Part shown: positions 39,973-50,759 of the stretch, piece by piece | Layout: each line of letters opens with the position of its first letter | How positions within the stretch are numbered: the first letter of the stretch is position 1 | NCBI GenBank assembly: GCA_963722255.1 | Contig: CAVRJO010000001.1 | Span: 192,001-256,000 of the forward strand | Direction: 5' to 3' | Length of the DNA: 64,000 nt | From: Candidatus Babeliales bacterium | GTDB taxonomy: Bacteria > Babelota > Babeliae > Babelales > JANWKD01 | Notes under the pieces: model-generated | The model's input: the letters and a program-made list of their open reading frames with translations, nothing else | Told to the model about the DNA's origin: nothing | Databases searched by the model: none | Made by a program: the position numbers and the translations under genes

Positions 39973-41247
39973 TCAACAACTTGACCATGCAGGATAAGAA
40001 CACCGATGCTTTTCATCAGTTAGAAATGTTTCTTCTTTGGTAATCATATTATAGAGAGCAATTCTACATGATTTTCCCTGCTCAATAGAATAGACTAAAT
40101 AGTTACCACAGGGCGACCAACAACATTCATCCTTATTGCCGGGAGTAAAGGTTATTTGTTGATCTTCTTTTTTTGCTAAATCATACCCAAATATCTGAAT
40201 TGTTGTACCAACTAATCGATGATAAGCAACTTTACCATTTTTTTCTGAAAAATTTGGAGCAGCCCCTGGGGTTATTTGTTCTAACTTATTGCTTTCATCA
40301 TGCCAATAATAAACATACGGAACTCCTTTTTCAGCATCTGAACAAAAAATAATATCGCCATTATCACGTACATTTGGCGATATATTATTTCCATCATTGT
40401 GCGTTTTTCTTTCAATAACTTTCTTTTTGTTTTTTTTATCAATAAAGCAACGATAGAGCTGGCTTGTTCCTTGATGCGTTGCACAATAAACGACATTTTG
40501 CCCATTGCTTGAAAATGATGGAAGACTCGTTATACCATTAACATTTGATACAATCTTTTTCTTGCCCTGCATATTTGTTGACATAAGCCGAACATTTGAG
40601 GGAGTCACTTCAGAAAAAAGCAGTAAAGGATTTTTTGAACTTTTATTCCAACGAGGCGCTAATAGTTTACCTCCTTTTACCAGGCAATAAGCATCATCGG
40701 CAAAGGGAGTTTGAATATATAGATCAGATCCCTTATGAGAGCCTTCAATTTTTTCACAACAATAGGCAATCTTAGAAGAAAATATCCCTTCTTGTCCTGT
40801 TAAAAGCTTCCATAAAGCATCAGCCAACAGATGCCCATTTTTACCTATATTTGAAAGATCAAGGTGCATTCGTTTGCCACAATACATCTGAGCTTGCATA
40901 GAATCATAGACACGCCATTCAAGCGTATCATTCGATTTCATCTGTAAAAATACCACCATCATATACCCTTCTTGTGCTAAATTTTTTAGAGCCGATTTTG
41001 AAGGAACTTTATGAAATTTTCTTAAAAGACAGTCAAAGCCACTTTTTTTTTGTTTTGAACATGATAAATCATTAAACGCAACTGACACAAAATCATCCAA
41101 TGATTCAGGAAAATCAATTAACCCAAAAAGCAACTTCATCTTTTCTTGTTGTTGATTTTCAAGCTGAACGACAACATCGGTTGTTACATTGGAGGTATAA
41201 ACCGGTATCACTAGATTAAAAAAAAGAAAAAATAAAAGTTTTTTCAT
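39973..41247 (-). CDS. tolB: TolB-like beta-propeller protein
   Basis: H..AD.L...LTG..GIFSSKIAY; PRW, PSFSSNG, WSPCG, PAWS repeats. Confidence 0.85.
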   Translation of the reverse strand: MKKLLFFLFFNLVIPVYTSNVTTDVVVQLENQQQEKMKLLFGLIDFPESLDDFVSVAFNDLSCSKQKKSGFDCLLRKFHKVPSKSALKNLAQEGYMMVVFLQMKSNDTLEWRVYDSMQAQMYCGKRMHLDLSNIGKNGHLLADALWKLLTGQEGIFSSKIAYCCEKIEGSHKGSDLYIQTPFADDAYCLVKGGKLLAPRWNKSSKNPLLLFSEVTPSNVRLMSTNMQGKKKIVSNVNGITSLPSFSSNGQNVVYCATHQGTSQLYRCFIDKKNKKKVIERKTHNDGNNISPNVRDNGDIIFCSDAEKGVPYVYYWHDESNKLEQITPGAAPNFSEKNGKVAYHRLVGTTIQIFGYDLAKKEDQQITFTPGNKDECCWSPCGNYLVYSIEQGKSCRIALYNMITKEETFLTDEKHRCSYPAWSSC

Positions 41248-41260
41248 GAATACCCATCTC

Positions 41261-42088
41261 TTAAAAGATTATTGATAACTCTTTTTCTACCCATTGTTTG
41301 GGAAAATCATAGGTTAATAAAAAATTGCGTGCACTAATATCAAGCGCAATAGCATTAGATGATTTTTCCATACTAATATCTCGCTTGCCATCTTTGTGTA
41401 CAATCACACGAAATTCACAAACGGCAGTATCAGGTATATTGGTAGGTCTTTTCCATTTTTTTACTATATCTTTTTTTAAAATATCTTGCATCACAAAAAG
41501 TTCTCGTTCATCATTACCGATAATAACGGTTTCTTGTTTTGGTTGTTGCTGTTCAGCCGTAGCTGTTGTAGAAACATCATGAGTTGGGCTTGCCTTTTCA
41601 CAAATTTTAGGTTGAACCGATTTTTCAATCTTTTGCGCGATCGGCTTTTCTTGCTTGGCAGGCGGTAATTTTTTTTGTGTACTATTTTTTTTGACTGGAG
41701 GTACAACGGCCTTTTTCTTGGAAATCGTCGCACTATCCTTTTTTCTTTGCATTATGGTACTATTTTTTTTAGCAGGCAATGGCTTGATCTGTTTTGGGAC
41801 AGCTTTTTTTTCTTCCCTTACGGATTTTTGAACTATATCTTTTTTTAAAGTTGGAGCATTGTGTAACTTTTGTTGCGGTGGCACTGCCTTGAGAAAAGGT
41901 ACAAACGACACTGAAGCATTATTGCTTTGTGTATTTACCACCACCGAAACTCGTGATTGTGTTAGGATAAAAAAAAGCACAAGAATAGTTATATGCGCAA
42001 GAAGACAACATAACAATAGTTTGGAAAAAAAAGTAACTTTTTTAGACAGCTTTACCGCCACTAGGTTTTTCAGTTGCAATTGCAACAT
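41261..42088 (-). CDS. TolA/TonB-like protein
   Basis: N-terminal TM with His, Lys/Pro-rich linker, C-terminal W..P...SS...ALD; position in tol cluster. Confidence 0.75.
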   Translation of the reverse strand: MLQLQLKNLVAVKLSKKVTFFSKLLLCCLLAHITILVLFFILTQSRVSVVVNTQSNNASVSFVPFLKAVPPQQKLHNAPTLKKDIVQKSVREEKKAVPKQIKPLPAKKNSTIMQRKKDSATISKKKAVVPPVKKNSTQKKLPPAKQEKPIAQKIEKSVQPKICEKASPTHDVSTTATAEQQQPKQETVIIGNDERELFVMQDILKKDIVKKWKRPTNIPDTAVCEFRVIVHKDGKRDISMEKSSNAIALDISARNFLLTYDFPKQWVEKELSIIF

Positions 42089-42503
42089 CCTTTACACCTC
42101 CAACGACTTTAATACAATCAATAACACTGGTTAGACACCCCGCACAGGACTGGCTATCAGGCTTTATCCAAACTCTCGTTTTTTCTTTATTTGGCATCTG
42201 AGCCAATTTTTGTTGTATCTCAGATCCTAACATTTCTAAGGTCACCATTTTGTTATTACAATAAATAGTATCTTTTTTATCAATTGTTACAACTAATTCT
42301 TGTTGATCCTTTCCACCTTCTTGCGCCTGCCCTTTAGGCAGATCTATTTTTATTGAATTTTGAATCATTGGTGTTGTAACCATAAAAATTATCAGCAGTG
42401 TTAAAGCAGTATCAATTAATGGCGTTAACGTAATTTCCGGCTGAGAAATTGCTCTTCTTTTTCTTCTTTGTAATCCTCGCATAATCAAATCCTTATCGTG
42501 CAA
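42042..42503 (-). CDS. tolR: TolR/ExbD protein
   Basis: EITLTPLIDTALTLLIIFMVTTP..IKIDLP. Confidence 0.88.
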   Translation of the reverse strand: MHDKDLIMRGLQRRKRRAISQPEITLTPLIDTALTLLIIFMVTTPMIQNSIKIDLPKGQAQEGGKDQQELVVTIDKKDTIYCNNKMVTLEMLGSEIQQKLAQMPNKEKTRVWIKPDSQSCAGCLTSVIDCIKVVGGVKDVAIATEKPSGGKAV

Positions 42504-43179
42504 AAAGTTTTTGAACTATGAAGATAAACTTATCTGCAAGAATAAACAGTTGCCGCTCAATAACTCGAATTTCACTAGTTAAATAATGGTACATCACCAA
42601 TGCAGGAATTGCCACTAAAAGGCCTGCAAGCGTAGTAATTAATGCTTCAGCAATACCCGGAGCAACCGTCGTTATATCGGCTGATTGTTTTTCACTTATT
42701 CTAATAAAAGCATGAACCAATCCCCAAACAGTACCAAAAAGACCCAACAAGGGAGAAACCGATGCGCTGGTAAAAAGGAAAGGTAAATAGGATTCTTCAG
42801 TCTGCAAAATATCATCAACACTCTGGTCTATTTGTTGTTGCAATGAATTTATTTCTCGTTCATTTAATGAATTTTTATTTGGATCAATCTCAAGATACAT
42901 TTTTAAAGAACCAAAATTTTTGCGCAAAAAATAACCAGGCAATGTATCATTGAATGCTAATGCTAAACTACGTAATTCCTCAAATGTAGTTATTGAAGAC
43001 AAACGTTTAGCTAAAGTTTTTAATTGATTTTTTTTTATTCTCAGAAGAATAACTTTATACAAAAATATCGTCCAACATATAATTGAAAGACCCAAGAGTA
43101 TGAGCAAAACCAATTTCGTTACATAATCCGATTGTGAAACTAACATCCACAATGAATTACCATGCATTGCATATTCCAT
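42493..43179 (-). CDS. tolQ: TolQ/ExbB proton channel protein
   Basis: SPLLGLFGTVWG, VAPGIAEALITTLAGLLVAIPA. Confidence 0.92.
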   Translation of the reverse strand: MEYAMHGNSLWMLVSQSDYVTKLVLLILLGLSIICWTIFLYKVILLRIKKNQLKTLAKRLSSITTFEELRSLALAFNDTLPGYFLRKNFGSLKMYLEIDPNKNSLNEREINSLQQQIDQSVDDILQTEESYLPFLFTSASVSPLLGLFGTVWGLVHAFIRISEKQSADITTVAPGIAEALITTLAGLLVAIPALVMYHYLTSEIRVIERQLFILADKFIFIVQKLFAR

Positions 43180-43313
43180 ATATAACTTTCTTTAATGTGT
43201 TTTATATGTGTTACCGAACAAACCGGTAAGTATCTTTCATAACGAATAATCTAGCAGAATAACAAGTTTTGCAGTTACATTAGAGCAAACTATTTCTACT
43301 CAAAAATTGAAAA

Positions 43314-44729
43314 TCAAACAGCTATCTCATCGTTAAGTACTAAGCTTTTAAGAATTTCTTTATCCTTTATTCCTTCACTTAATTGAATAGCATACGCTTT
43401 TTTTACTAACAAACCCATATGAGGTCCCGGTTGAACTTCAGGCATCAAATCCTTCCCTTGTAATATTGGCTTCTCAATAGAAGATAAAACACCGGCACGC
43501 TCAGCATTATACAAAAATTTATCTAAAAGTGGCTGCTTTGTATGTAAAGGTTTTCCTCGTTCTACATTGCGACCTTGCTTATCTGCTAATGCAACTTTAG
43601 CAAGCATCGCAAGCGTAATATCAGGTCCTAATTTTAGTGCCAATTTTTTATAAGCGCCCATTCCTGCATTACCTAGTATAAATTCAAAGGGATATAAATG
43701 TGCACTAACAAGCTTACAAACTCCATCAATTAATAGATTATTATGAGTTATACGCTTTAATAGTTTTTTCGTACAATAAACACCCTGCTTAGCATGGTCA
43801 TATGCGGTTAATCTTCCTTTGATTAATTTTGTTGTTACGGTTTTTCCTAGATCATGACATAATGAAGCATAGAGAATTATTAACTTTTCTTCAGGAGAAG
43901 AATAGTCAAGACATGCTGCTGCATCAATAGTTTGTAGTGTATGTTCAAAAACATCACCTTCTGGATGCCAATCAGGTTCTTGTAAGATATCTTTAGTAGC
44001 AGCCAACTCAGGGAGAACCTCTTCAAGTCTTCCAATTTCATTTAACCAACGTAAAGCAATTGAAGGTTTTTTTGACTGCAAAAGCAACTTTCCAAATTCC
44101 AGTTCTATTCGCTCTCTTGAAACTTTAGAAATCTCCATCAGGCTGCAAATCTTTGTTAAGATCAAATCAGGATACATTTCAAAACGACCTATAAATTGCA
44201 TTACTCTATAAAAGCGCAAAGGATCTTCTATAAAAAATCTTGGATTAGGGGTACGCAAGATTCCCATTTTTAAATCATTCAGACCATCAAAAGGATCAAC
44301 AAGCCCAAAAGTAATTAAGTTGATGCCCATTGCATTAATCGTTAAGTCTCGTCGTTCAAACGCAGTTTTTATATCCATCCATGGATCAACCGTTACATGT
44401 GGTTTTCTACCTGCTTCATCAATCCTTGGCAAAGACCAATCGATTGGTAAATTTTCCAATTTCAATACACCAAAACTTTTGCCAACTGCATTCACATTAC
44501 CATACTTTTGCAAAACTTTTTCTAATCGATCCAATGATAGTTTGTGAACTTCAATATCTAAATCTTTTATAGGCATTTGTAAGAATGCATCACGAACACT
44601 ACCACCAACTAAATAAACAACTGCACCTGCTTGCTGTAAATCATGTATGAGAGCTTGTAAAAAACCATACCTAGTTATAAGCGATGCAATTGTGTCCTTT
44701 ATGGATTCATACGTTTGAATATTCTTCAT
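43314..44729 (-). CDS. cca: CCA tRNA nucleotidyltransferase with HD domain
   Basis: VGGSVRD, DLDIEV, RRDLTINA, EDPLR, WHPEGDV..HT, CHDLGK. Confidence 0.92.
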   Translation of the reverse strand: MKNIQTYESIKDTIASLITRYGFLQALIHDLQQAGAVVYLVGGSVRDAFLQMPIKDLDIEVHKLSLDRLEKVLQKYGNVNAVGKSFGVLKLENLPIDWSLPRIDEAGRKPHVTVDPWMDIKTAFERRDLTINAMGINLITFGLVDPFDGLNDLKMGILRTPNPRFFIEDPLRFYRVMQFIGRFEMYPDLILTKICSLMEISKVSRERIELEFGKLLLQSKKPSIALRWLNEIGRLEEVLPELAATKDILQEPDWHPEGDVFEHTLQTIDAAACLDYSSPEEKLIILYASLCHDLGKTVTTKLIKGRLTAYDHAKQGVYCTKKLLKRITHNNLLIDGVCKLVSAHLYPFEFILGNAGMGAYKKLALKLGPDITLAMLAKVALADKQGRNVERGKPLHTKQPLLDKFLYNAERAGVLSSIEKPILQGKDLMPEVQPGPHMGLLVKKAYAIQLSEGIKDKEILKSLVLNDEIAV

Positions 44730-44903
44730 TTACTTTTCCTATGATACTATCTAATTCTGAAATTCTGTTTTGCCTTCATTGGGCCTCTACTAATAACAGT
44801 TATTTGCATATACCGGCACAAAAAAAATTTACTTTAACAATACCATATATTAAACTATTTGCTCAAATAGAAACTAATATAACTTATCCCATTAAGAGTA
44901 TCC

Positions 44904-45320
44904 ATGAAAACAACTATCTATTGTGCATTGTTTTGTCTTACCATAGCAATCTGCATGCTAAAGTGCATGGAAACACCATTCTACACCCATAAACCTCAAG
45001 AAGAATACAAATTAGTACGAATAACGCGTGATTATGCAATTTTTAAAATATCCAATGCGTTATACATCAATGGTACGTTACCAACTTTAATAACCTTTAA
45101 TTCAAAACAAAAATTTCCCATTCCAACACTTCGCAAAATGGCAAATTCAAATCCAAACAATACCATGTTAAACAGCGAATATGAAAAATATTTAAAACAA
45201 GTAGAATATCATAAAAAAAAAGGTACCCTTAAAGAATTTCATGATTACATGTCACTCTTACAGCAAAGTAGAATTTTTTTACTTCGATTAAAAATGAATA
45301 CCGATGAGTATGCAATCTAA
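44904..45320 (+). CDS. Hypothetical secreted protein
   Basis: Signal peptide followed by ME. Confidence 0.65.
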   Translation: MKTTIYCALFCLTIAICMLKCMETPFYTHKPQEEYKLVRITRDYAIFKISNALYINGTLPTLITFNSKQKFPIPTLRKMANSNPNNTMLNSEYEKYLKQVEYHKKKGTLKEFHDYMSLLQQSRIFLLRLKMNTDEYAI

Positions 45321-45520
45321 CGTTCCTTATCACATGCAATACTCTTTCCGATTATTATTCAAAGATAGATGTTTACCAAATCCTTTAATCATTGAACATT
45401 TAAAGTATTCTACAAGAGAATTAAGTCTAAACACCAATACCTTTGAATCTTACATCTAATTTTTGTAAAGTAAGTAATAAGGATATTCTTTAATACGTTA
45501 TAAACTATGAGATTAAAGGG

Positions 45521-46303
45521 ATGAATCAAAAGAATATTTTACACTCTCTAATTATCGTTCAGAGCATAATTTTTAGTACGACAACGGTAGATTTTTCACT
45601 TAAAGGAATAACGTCTTGGATAAAAGGAGCAAAAGAAGAAACATTTTTTAAAGAAATACCATTTGATTCTCAAGGAACCGTGGTTCTTGAAAATGAATCG
45701 GGAACCGTATTGATAAAAAGCTGGAGTTTCCCAAAAGTTGCTATTGAAGCTCTTAAAAGAGCACCTGGCAAAGAACTTTCTTCGCTAGATATTGAAACTT
45801 CTCTCATAGCAAATCAACTCATTGTTCGCTCACTCAATAGTTCCAAAAATGGTTCGATAGATTATCAACTCATAGTCCCAACCAATACAAATATCGTCAT
45901 CAATGGCAAAGATTGTTCAATCAAAACAAAAAACATCAGCGGCATTCATCAAATTACAACAAATAACAGTATAGACATTCAAGGCGCTTGCAATAGCATT
46001 CATGCTTTAACCGCTGGAGCTATTTCTATTGGATTTTCAAATCTACCTTCTTATGCCGCTATTTCACTCAAAAGCATTAAAAGTTCTGTTGCATTAACAC
46101 TGCCAACTCAATGTCATGCATCAATAAAAGCAACCACACAATATAATTCAATTATCTCACATCATTTAGTTACCTTAAAGCCAATCACTCTTTTATTGAA
46201 TAAACAAAGTTGGGATCAATTAAAAAAAACGATTAATGGAATAATCGGAATTGGTGGTCCACTTATAGATATATCTGCTTATAATGGAATCACGATACAA
46301 TAA
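45521..46303 (+). CDS. DUF4097-like beta-strand repeat exported protein
   Basis: Signal-like N-terminus; LENESGTV.I.SW, IDYQLIVP, I...NG.I repeats. Confidence 0.65.
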   Translation: MNQKNILHSLIIVQSIIFSTTTVDFSLKGITSWIKGAKEETFFKEIPFDSQGTVVLENESGTVLIKSWSFPKVAIEALKRAPGKELSSLDIETSLIANQLIVRSLNSSKNGSIDYQLIVPTNTNIVINGKDCSIKTKNISGIHQITTNNSIDIQGACNSIHALTAGAISIGFSNLPSYAAISLKSIKSSVALTLPTQCHASIKATTQYNSIISHHLVTLKPITLLLNKQSWDQLKKTINGIIGIGGPLIDISAYNGITIQ

Positions 46304-46429
46304 AAATAGTAGAAATTAGATACATAAGAAAAAATAATCATTCATCAATATCATCATTGTTAAAAATTTGGTACAATAAAAAAATACAAATGTTCCCATA
46401 TTATTAACAATTTTAATCGATATAATGTT

Positions 46430-48203
46430 ATGAAAATAATGCACTACATTTTTTCCATCAGTTTTTTTCTTATAACAGTTACAACCCTGTTGAGCAAAAC
46501 ATTAGAATATTCTTCACGATCTATTGATCCCAAGACAATAGAAATCATCTTAAATTTCACCTTTGAACCGGAAGAATATATGTATAAGGATTCTATCGTA
46601 CTTTTTATCGATAATCCTCTTTATACTATAGCTCCGTTTAAAAGTTCAAAAGAAGCCGCAACACGTTATGATCCAACATTTAAAAAATCAAAAAAAATTT
46701 TTGAAAATAACGTTACTCTTTCAGCTCAAATAACTGTGCCAGAAAAAATGGATTCAGATGCCTATTTACATATTTCTACAGCTACTAATAAACAAGGAAC
46801 CGATGAAATAGTTATACCAATTATCGCTCCTAATAATATCGATGAAACGCAACTTAATAAAATATCTCATGAAGAAGAAACTAAAAATGCATTGCATTCT
46901 GCTCACGGCAAAAATCACAACTCTTCTTCATCGAGTTCATTTTCACTTTCTGAATATATCTCAAATTTAGTCAAAACTATTAATTCACCGTTTATGAGAA
47001 TCATCTTAGTATTTTTTCTTGGAATGCTTCTTAGCTTAACTCCGTGTATTTACCCAATGGTACCCATTACCATTGGAATTTTACAAGCTCAAGGAAGCAA
47101 ATCATTACTGTATAATTTTTTGTCCGCTCTTTCCTATACCTGCGGCATTGCAACAACGTTCGCTCTTTTTGGTCTCCTTGCAAGTTGTACCGGGCCTCTA
47201 TGCGGCCAACTTCTTATGGAACCAATTTTTATTATAGGACTTGTTATATTGCTTACCTATTTAGGCCTGTCGATGTTAGGATTTTATGATGTGTACGTAC
47301 CAAAATTTTTTAAACCATCAACACAAAATTTAAAAGGCGGATCGCTTCTTTCAACCTTTATTTTTGGAGCGGCAAGTGGAACAATAGCTTCTCCATGCGT
47401 TTCACCGGGCCTCGTTTTGTTGTTAAGTATAGTAGCAACGCTCAATAATAAAATTCTTGGATTTTTGCTCTTATTTGTTTTTGGCATAGGGCTTAGTACA
47501 CCATTGCTGATCGTTGGGGCTTTTTCAAGCTCTCTTGCGCTTTTGCCACGCGCAGGCCTGTGGATGGTAGAAATAAAGAAATTATTTGGATTTATGATTT
47601 TTGGCATGTGCTTTTATTATATAAATTATATAATTCCGACACCAATTCTTTTATGGATTCTTGCGATTTTTGTAGCTAGCAGTGGGTATATACTATAGTT
47701 ATTCTAGCCAAAAAATGGCTGCCGGTCTTTGGAAAAAGATTAATTTCTGGATTGGAATGGTCGCTCTTATAGCAGCAGTACTCATATTTTTTCAGGCATA
47801 TCGATCAGCTACCTATGCAAAAAAAGATGCTTATGAAGAGCATAACAATATATGGCATACTCTGTATGAAAGTGCCCTTGATCAAGCTCATAGAGAAAAT
47901 AAAAAGCTATTTATTGATTTCTGGGCTACTTTCTGCCCCATTTGTTTAGCTATTAATAAAACTGTATTAACAAAACCAGCAATTATAAAAGCTTTACAAG
48001 AAAATTACGTTCTTCTTAAAGTTGATGGAAGCCATAACGCTAATGTTCCTTATGCAACCTTAAAAAATAAATATCCTATTAAAGGGTTTCCAACATTCTT
48101 TGTAGTTGATCCTACGACTGAAACTGTTGTTGCTGAGTTTGGAGGTGAACTTTATGATATGGAAGAAAATAAATTCATTGAACTGCTACAAAGCATGAAA
48201 TAG
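46430..48203 (+). pseudogene. dsbD: DsbD-type thiol:disulfide interchange protein split by single-base frameshift
   Basis: LTPCIYPM, ASPCVSP, LPRAG.WM in 46430-47698; FWATFCPIC thioredoxin in 47682-48203; removing one G at 47684-47686 fuses the frames. Confidence 0.85.
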
Positions 48204-48223
48204 TTGTTTTTATATAAAAAAAT

Positions 48224-48258
48224 AAAGGGGTGCGTGAAATTATTCACACACCCCTTTT
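48224..48258. terminator. Bidirectional terminator between convergent genes
   Basis: AAAGGGGTGCGTGAA / TTCACACACCCCTTTT flanked by A/T runs. Confidence 0.75.
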
Positions 48259-48278
48259 ATTATACCAAAAAAGTTATA

Positions 48279-48827
48279 TTATTTATCTAAAGCAAATCTA
48301 ACAGTACCGATTGCACGTGCACTGCGATTAAAATTGAGATTAGTAGGAAGAACATTTTCTTGATTAACAACTAAAGCATTATAGCTTACTTGTGTTGCCG
48401 TTCTCAAACTTTCAATAACATCTGTAAATCTACCACGTCTACTTTCAATTGTATCCATCGTTTTTAAAAAACTTGATGATAGATACATCAAATCACCCTT
48501 CTGATCTGGTCGATTATACTTATTTGTAAATATCTCATCATATAATTCAACAAATGCTTCTTCTACTTCTGCAGAATCTGTTCTTTCTTGAGTCAGTATC
48601 GAGGTAAGTCGATCCATTTGGTCTTTTACAAATTCTCTATCAATAGAAACATCAACGGCTACACCACATTGTTGAGCAACTTTTTTATATAATCCTGATG
48701 CTTGTTCCAATGAAAGATCTTTATCAAAAACATCTTCTAACTCATTAATACCAAATTCATCTTCCATACAAAAAACACTGCCCATAGATAATGAGAGCGC
48801 AAAAACAGTAACAAATAATTTCTTCAT
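48279..48827 (-). CDS. Hypothetical secreted acidic protein
   Basis: AAGGT RBS; signal peptide followed by ME. Confidence 0.7.
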   Translation of the reverse strand: MKKLFVTVFALSLSMGSVFCMEDEFGINELEDVFDKDLSLEQASGLYKKVAQQCGVAVDVSIDREFVKDQMDRLTSILTQERTDSAEVEEAFVELYDEIFTNKYNRPDQKGDLMYLSSSFLKTMDTIESRRGRFTDVIESLRTATQVSYNALVVNQENVLPTNLNFNRSARAIGTVRFALDK

Positions 48828-49022
48828 AGGAATATTACCTTTATTTTAATAAATTGTTAAAAATTACAATATATTCTAATTGTACATATTTTTAAAAAAA
48901 AGGCAAGAGTTTTTGGGGAAATATACATTTCTATTTGTAATTATAGGTAAAAAAGCAGCAAAAATACTCTGTTATTAAGAAAAAAACAACAGTTTAGTAG
49001 AAAAAATAACTTAAAAGTTACG

Positions 49023-49349
49023 TTATTCTCTTTTAATACCTGTTTGACGGGTATCAACCTGCTTCTTTTTAGCTTCAGTCAATTGATTATACATGCAATC
49101 AAAGACCTGAGAGATTAAATCGTAAAATTCAGATCCTTCACGATGAGCAATTAGCTTATAATTGGGGGTAGTAACTTGAAGTTCAACTTTATGATGCGCA
49201 TGCGTAAAACCTGCAGTAAAAATCATATGAATATATTGAGGATCTTTTTCATGTTCCAAAAAAAGTTCAATTTTATCAAACTGTTGATTTGCATATTCTT
49301 CTATAGTAGCTGAATGATCCATTCCACGAAAGGTAAATTGTTTATTCAT
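49023..49349 (-). CDS. hpf: Ribosome hibernation promoting factor (short HPF)
   Basis: TFRGMDHS..IEEYA...DKIE; FY..I......QL..K. Confidence 0.85.
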   Translation of the reverse strand: MNKQFTFRGMDHSATIEEYANQQFDKIELFLEHEKDPQYIHMIFTAGFTHAHHKVELQVTTPNYKLIAHREGSEFYDLISQVFDCMYNQLTEAKKKQVDTRQTGIKRE

Positions 49350-49442
49350 AATAGTTCCTCTTTTTTATAGTGTCATTCAGATTCTATCATAAACAATAAA
49401 AAAGAGGCCATGGTTTTATAAAAATGATTAAAAAATTGGTAA

Positions 49443-50759
49443 TCAACCTTTTTTGCGAGGAATAAAGGCAACGGGAACACCAATTAAATCATATTTTTTT
49501 CGCATTATATTTTCAAAGAACGCTAACTGACTTTGACCAAACCAAACCGGCTCATTAACAATAATAACAAACATAGGAGGAGCTGAAGAGATTTGTTTAA
49601 CTCTACGCAGAATAAGTTGGGATGTTTTATGATATAAAGGAGTTTTCATTAAAGCATTCTTAAAGAGTTCAGTAAGATCTTGATCAGAGAACTTTTGTTT
49701 ATAACGCTCCCATACCTTTGTTACTAAGGGTAAAATCTTACCAACATTTTTTCCCGTCTTACATGAAATAAATAGTTGAGGGATTTTTCTCATAAAATAA
49801 TCATATTGATCGCATTCTCGTTCAAGATCAGCATAGTTTTGCTCGGTCATTGCATCATCTTTATTTATCAATATAATGAGCGCTTTACGATTTTCAAAGG
49901 CATAGAATGCCAATTTTAACTCTTGATCACTCAACTGTCCTTCAGTACCATCAATCATCAAAAGTACAATGTCTGCCCTACCAACAGCCTTAAATGATGT
50001 TTTAACCATCATTGTTTCCAAGGTTTCAGTAACACCCCTTTTTCTTCGTATACCGGCAGTGTCGGTCAAAAGAATTGTTTCTTGATAAAAACGTAACTGT
50101 TCCGTTATTGGCTCGCGCGTTGTTCCCGGTATTTCAGCAACAATTGATCGTTCTTGTTCCAATAAAGCATTCATTAATGAAGATTTACCGACATTTGGCT
50201 TGCCTAATAAAACCAGATTGAATTTTGGCTTTTCCGGAATGAAATCCTTATGCTTTTTTTCTAATTTTTGTACAATTCTTTCAAGCAATTCACCAGACCC
50301 TGTACCATGCTGTGCAGAAACAGGAATAACATCATGTGTACCAAGACTTTGATATTCGTAAAGATGTTGTTGCGTACTTTCTGCGTCAATCTTATTCACA
50401 ACAATAAGAGTATCCTTTTTTGCTTTTTGAAGAAACGTATTAATTTCTCGATCTTCAGGCAAAAGGCCAATTTTACCATCACAGACAAACAATACCAAAT
50501 CGGCTGATTCAATAAGATTCAATGCAATTTGACGTACTTTTTCTGTTAAGGTATCTTCAGATTTCTTTAAACTAATACCACCACTATCGATAAGCTCAAA
50601 TGAAATACCTTGCCACGATACGATATCGGATATAAAATCACGAGTAACTCCGGCATAATCTAGTGTTAAGCTTTTGACAGAGGTAGACAATCTATTAAAT
50701 AAGGTTGATTTGCCAACATTCGCTCTGCCTATAATTACAACTTTTGGTAAGTTACTCAT
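49443..50759 (-). CDS. der: Ribosome biogenesis GTPase Der
   Basis: Two G domains GRANVGKS and GKPNVGKS, NKID/NKDD; start MSNLPK at 50759. Confidence 0.96.
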   Translation of the reverse strand: MSNLPKVVIIGRANVGKSTLFNRLSTSVKSLTLDYAGVTRDFISDIVSWQGISFELIDSGGISLKKSEDTLTEKVRQIALNLIESADLVLFVCDGKIGLLPEDREINTFLQKAKKDTLIVVNKIDAESTQQHLYEYQSLGTHDVIPVSAQHGTGSGELLERIVQKLEKKHKDFIPEKPKFNLVLLGKPNVGKSSLMNALLEQERSIVAEIPGTTREPITEQLRFYQETILLTDTAGIRRKRGVTETLETMMVKTSFKAVGRADIVLLMIDGTEGQLSDQELKLAFYAFENRKALIILINKDDAMTEQNYADLERECDQYDYFMRKIPQLFISCKTGKNVGKILPLVTKVWERYKQKFSDQDLTELFKNALMKTPLYHKTSQLILRRVKQISSAPPMFVIIVNEPVWFGQSQLAFFENIMRKKYDLIGVPVAFIPRKKG

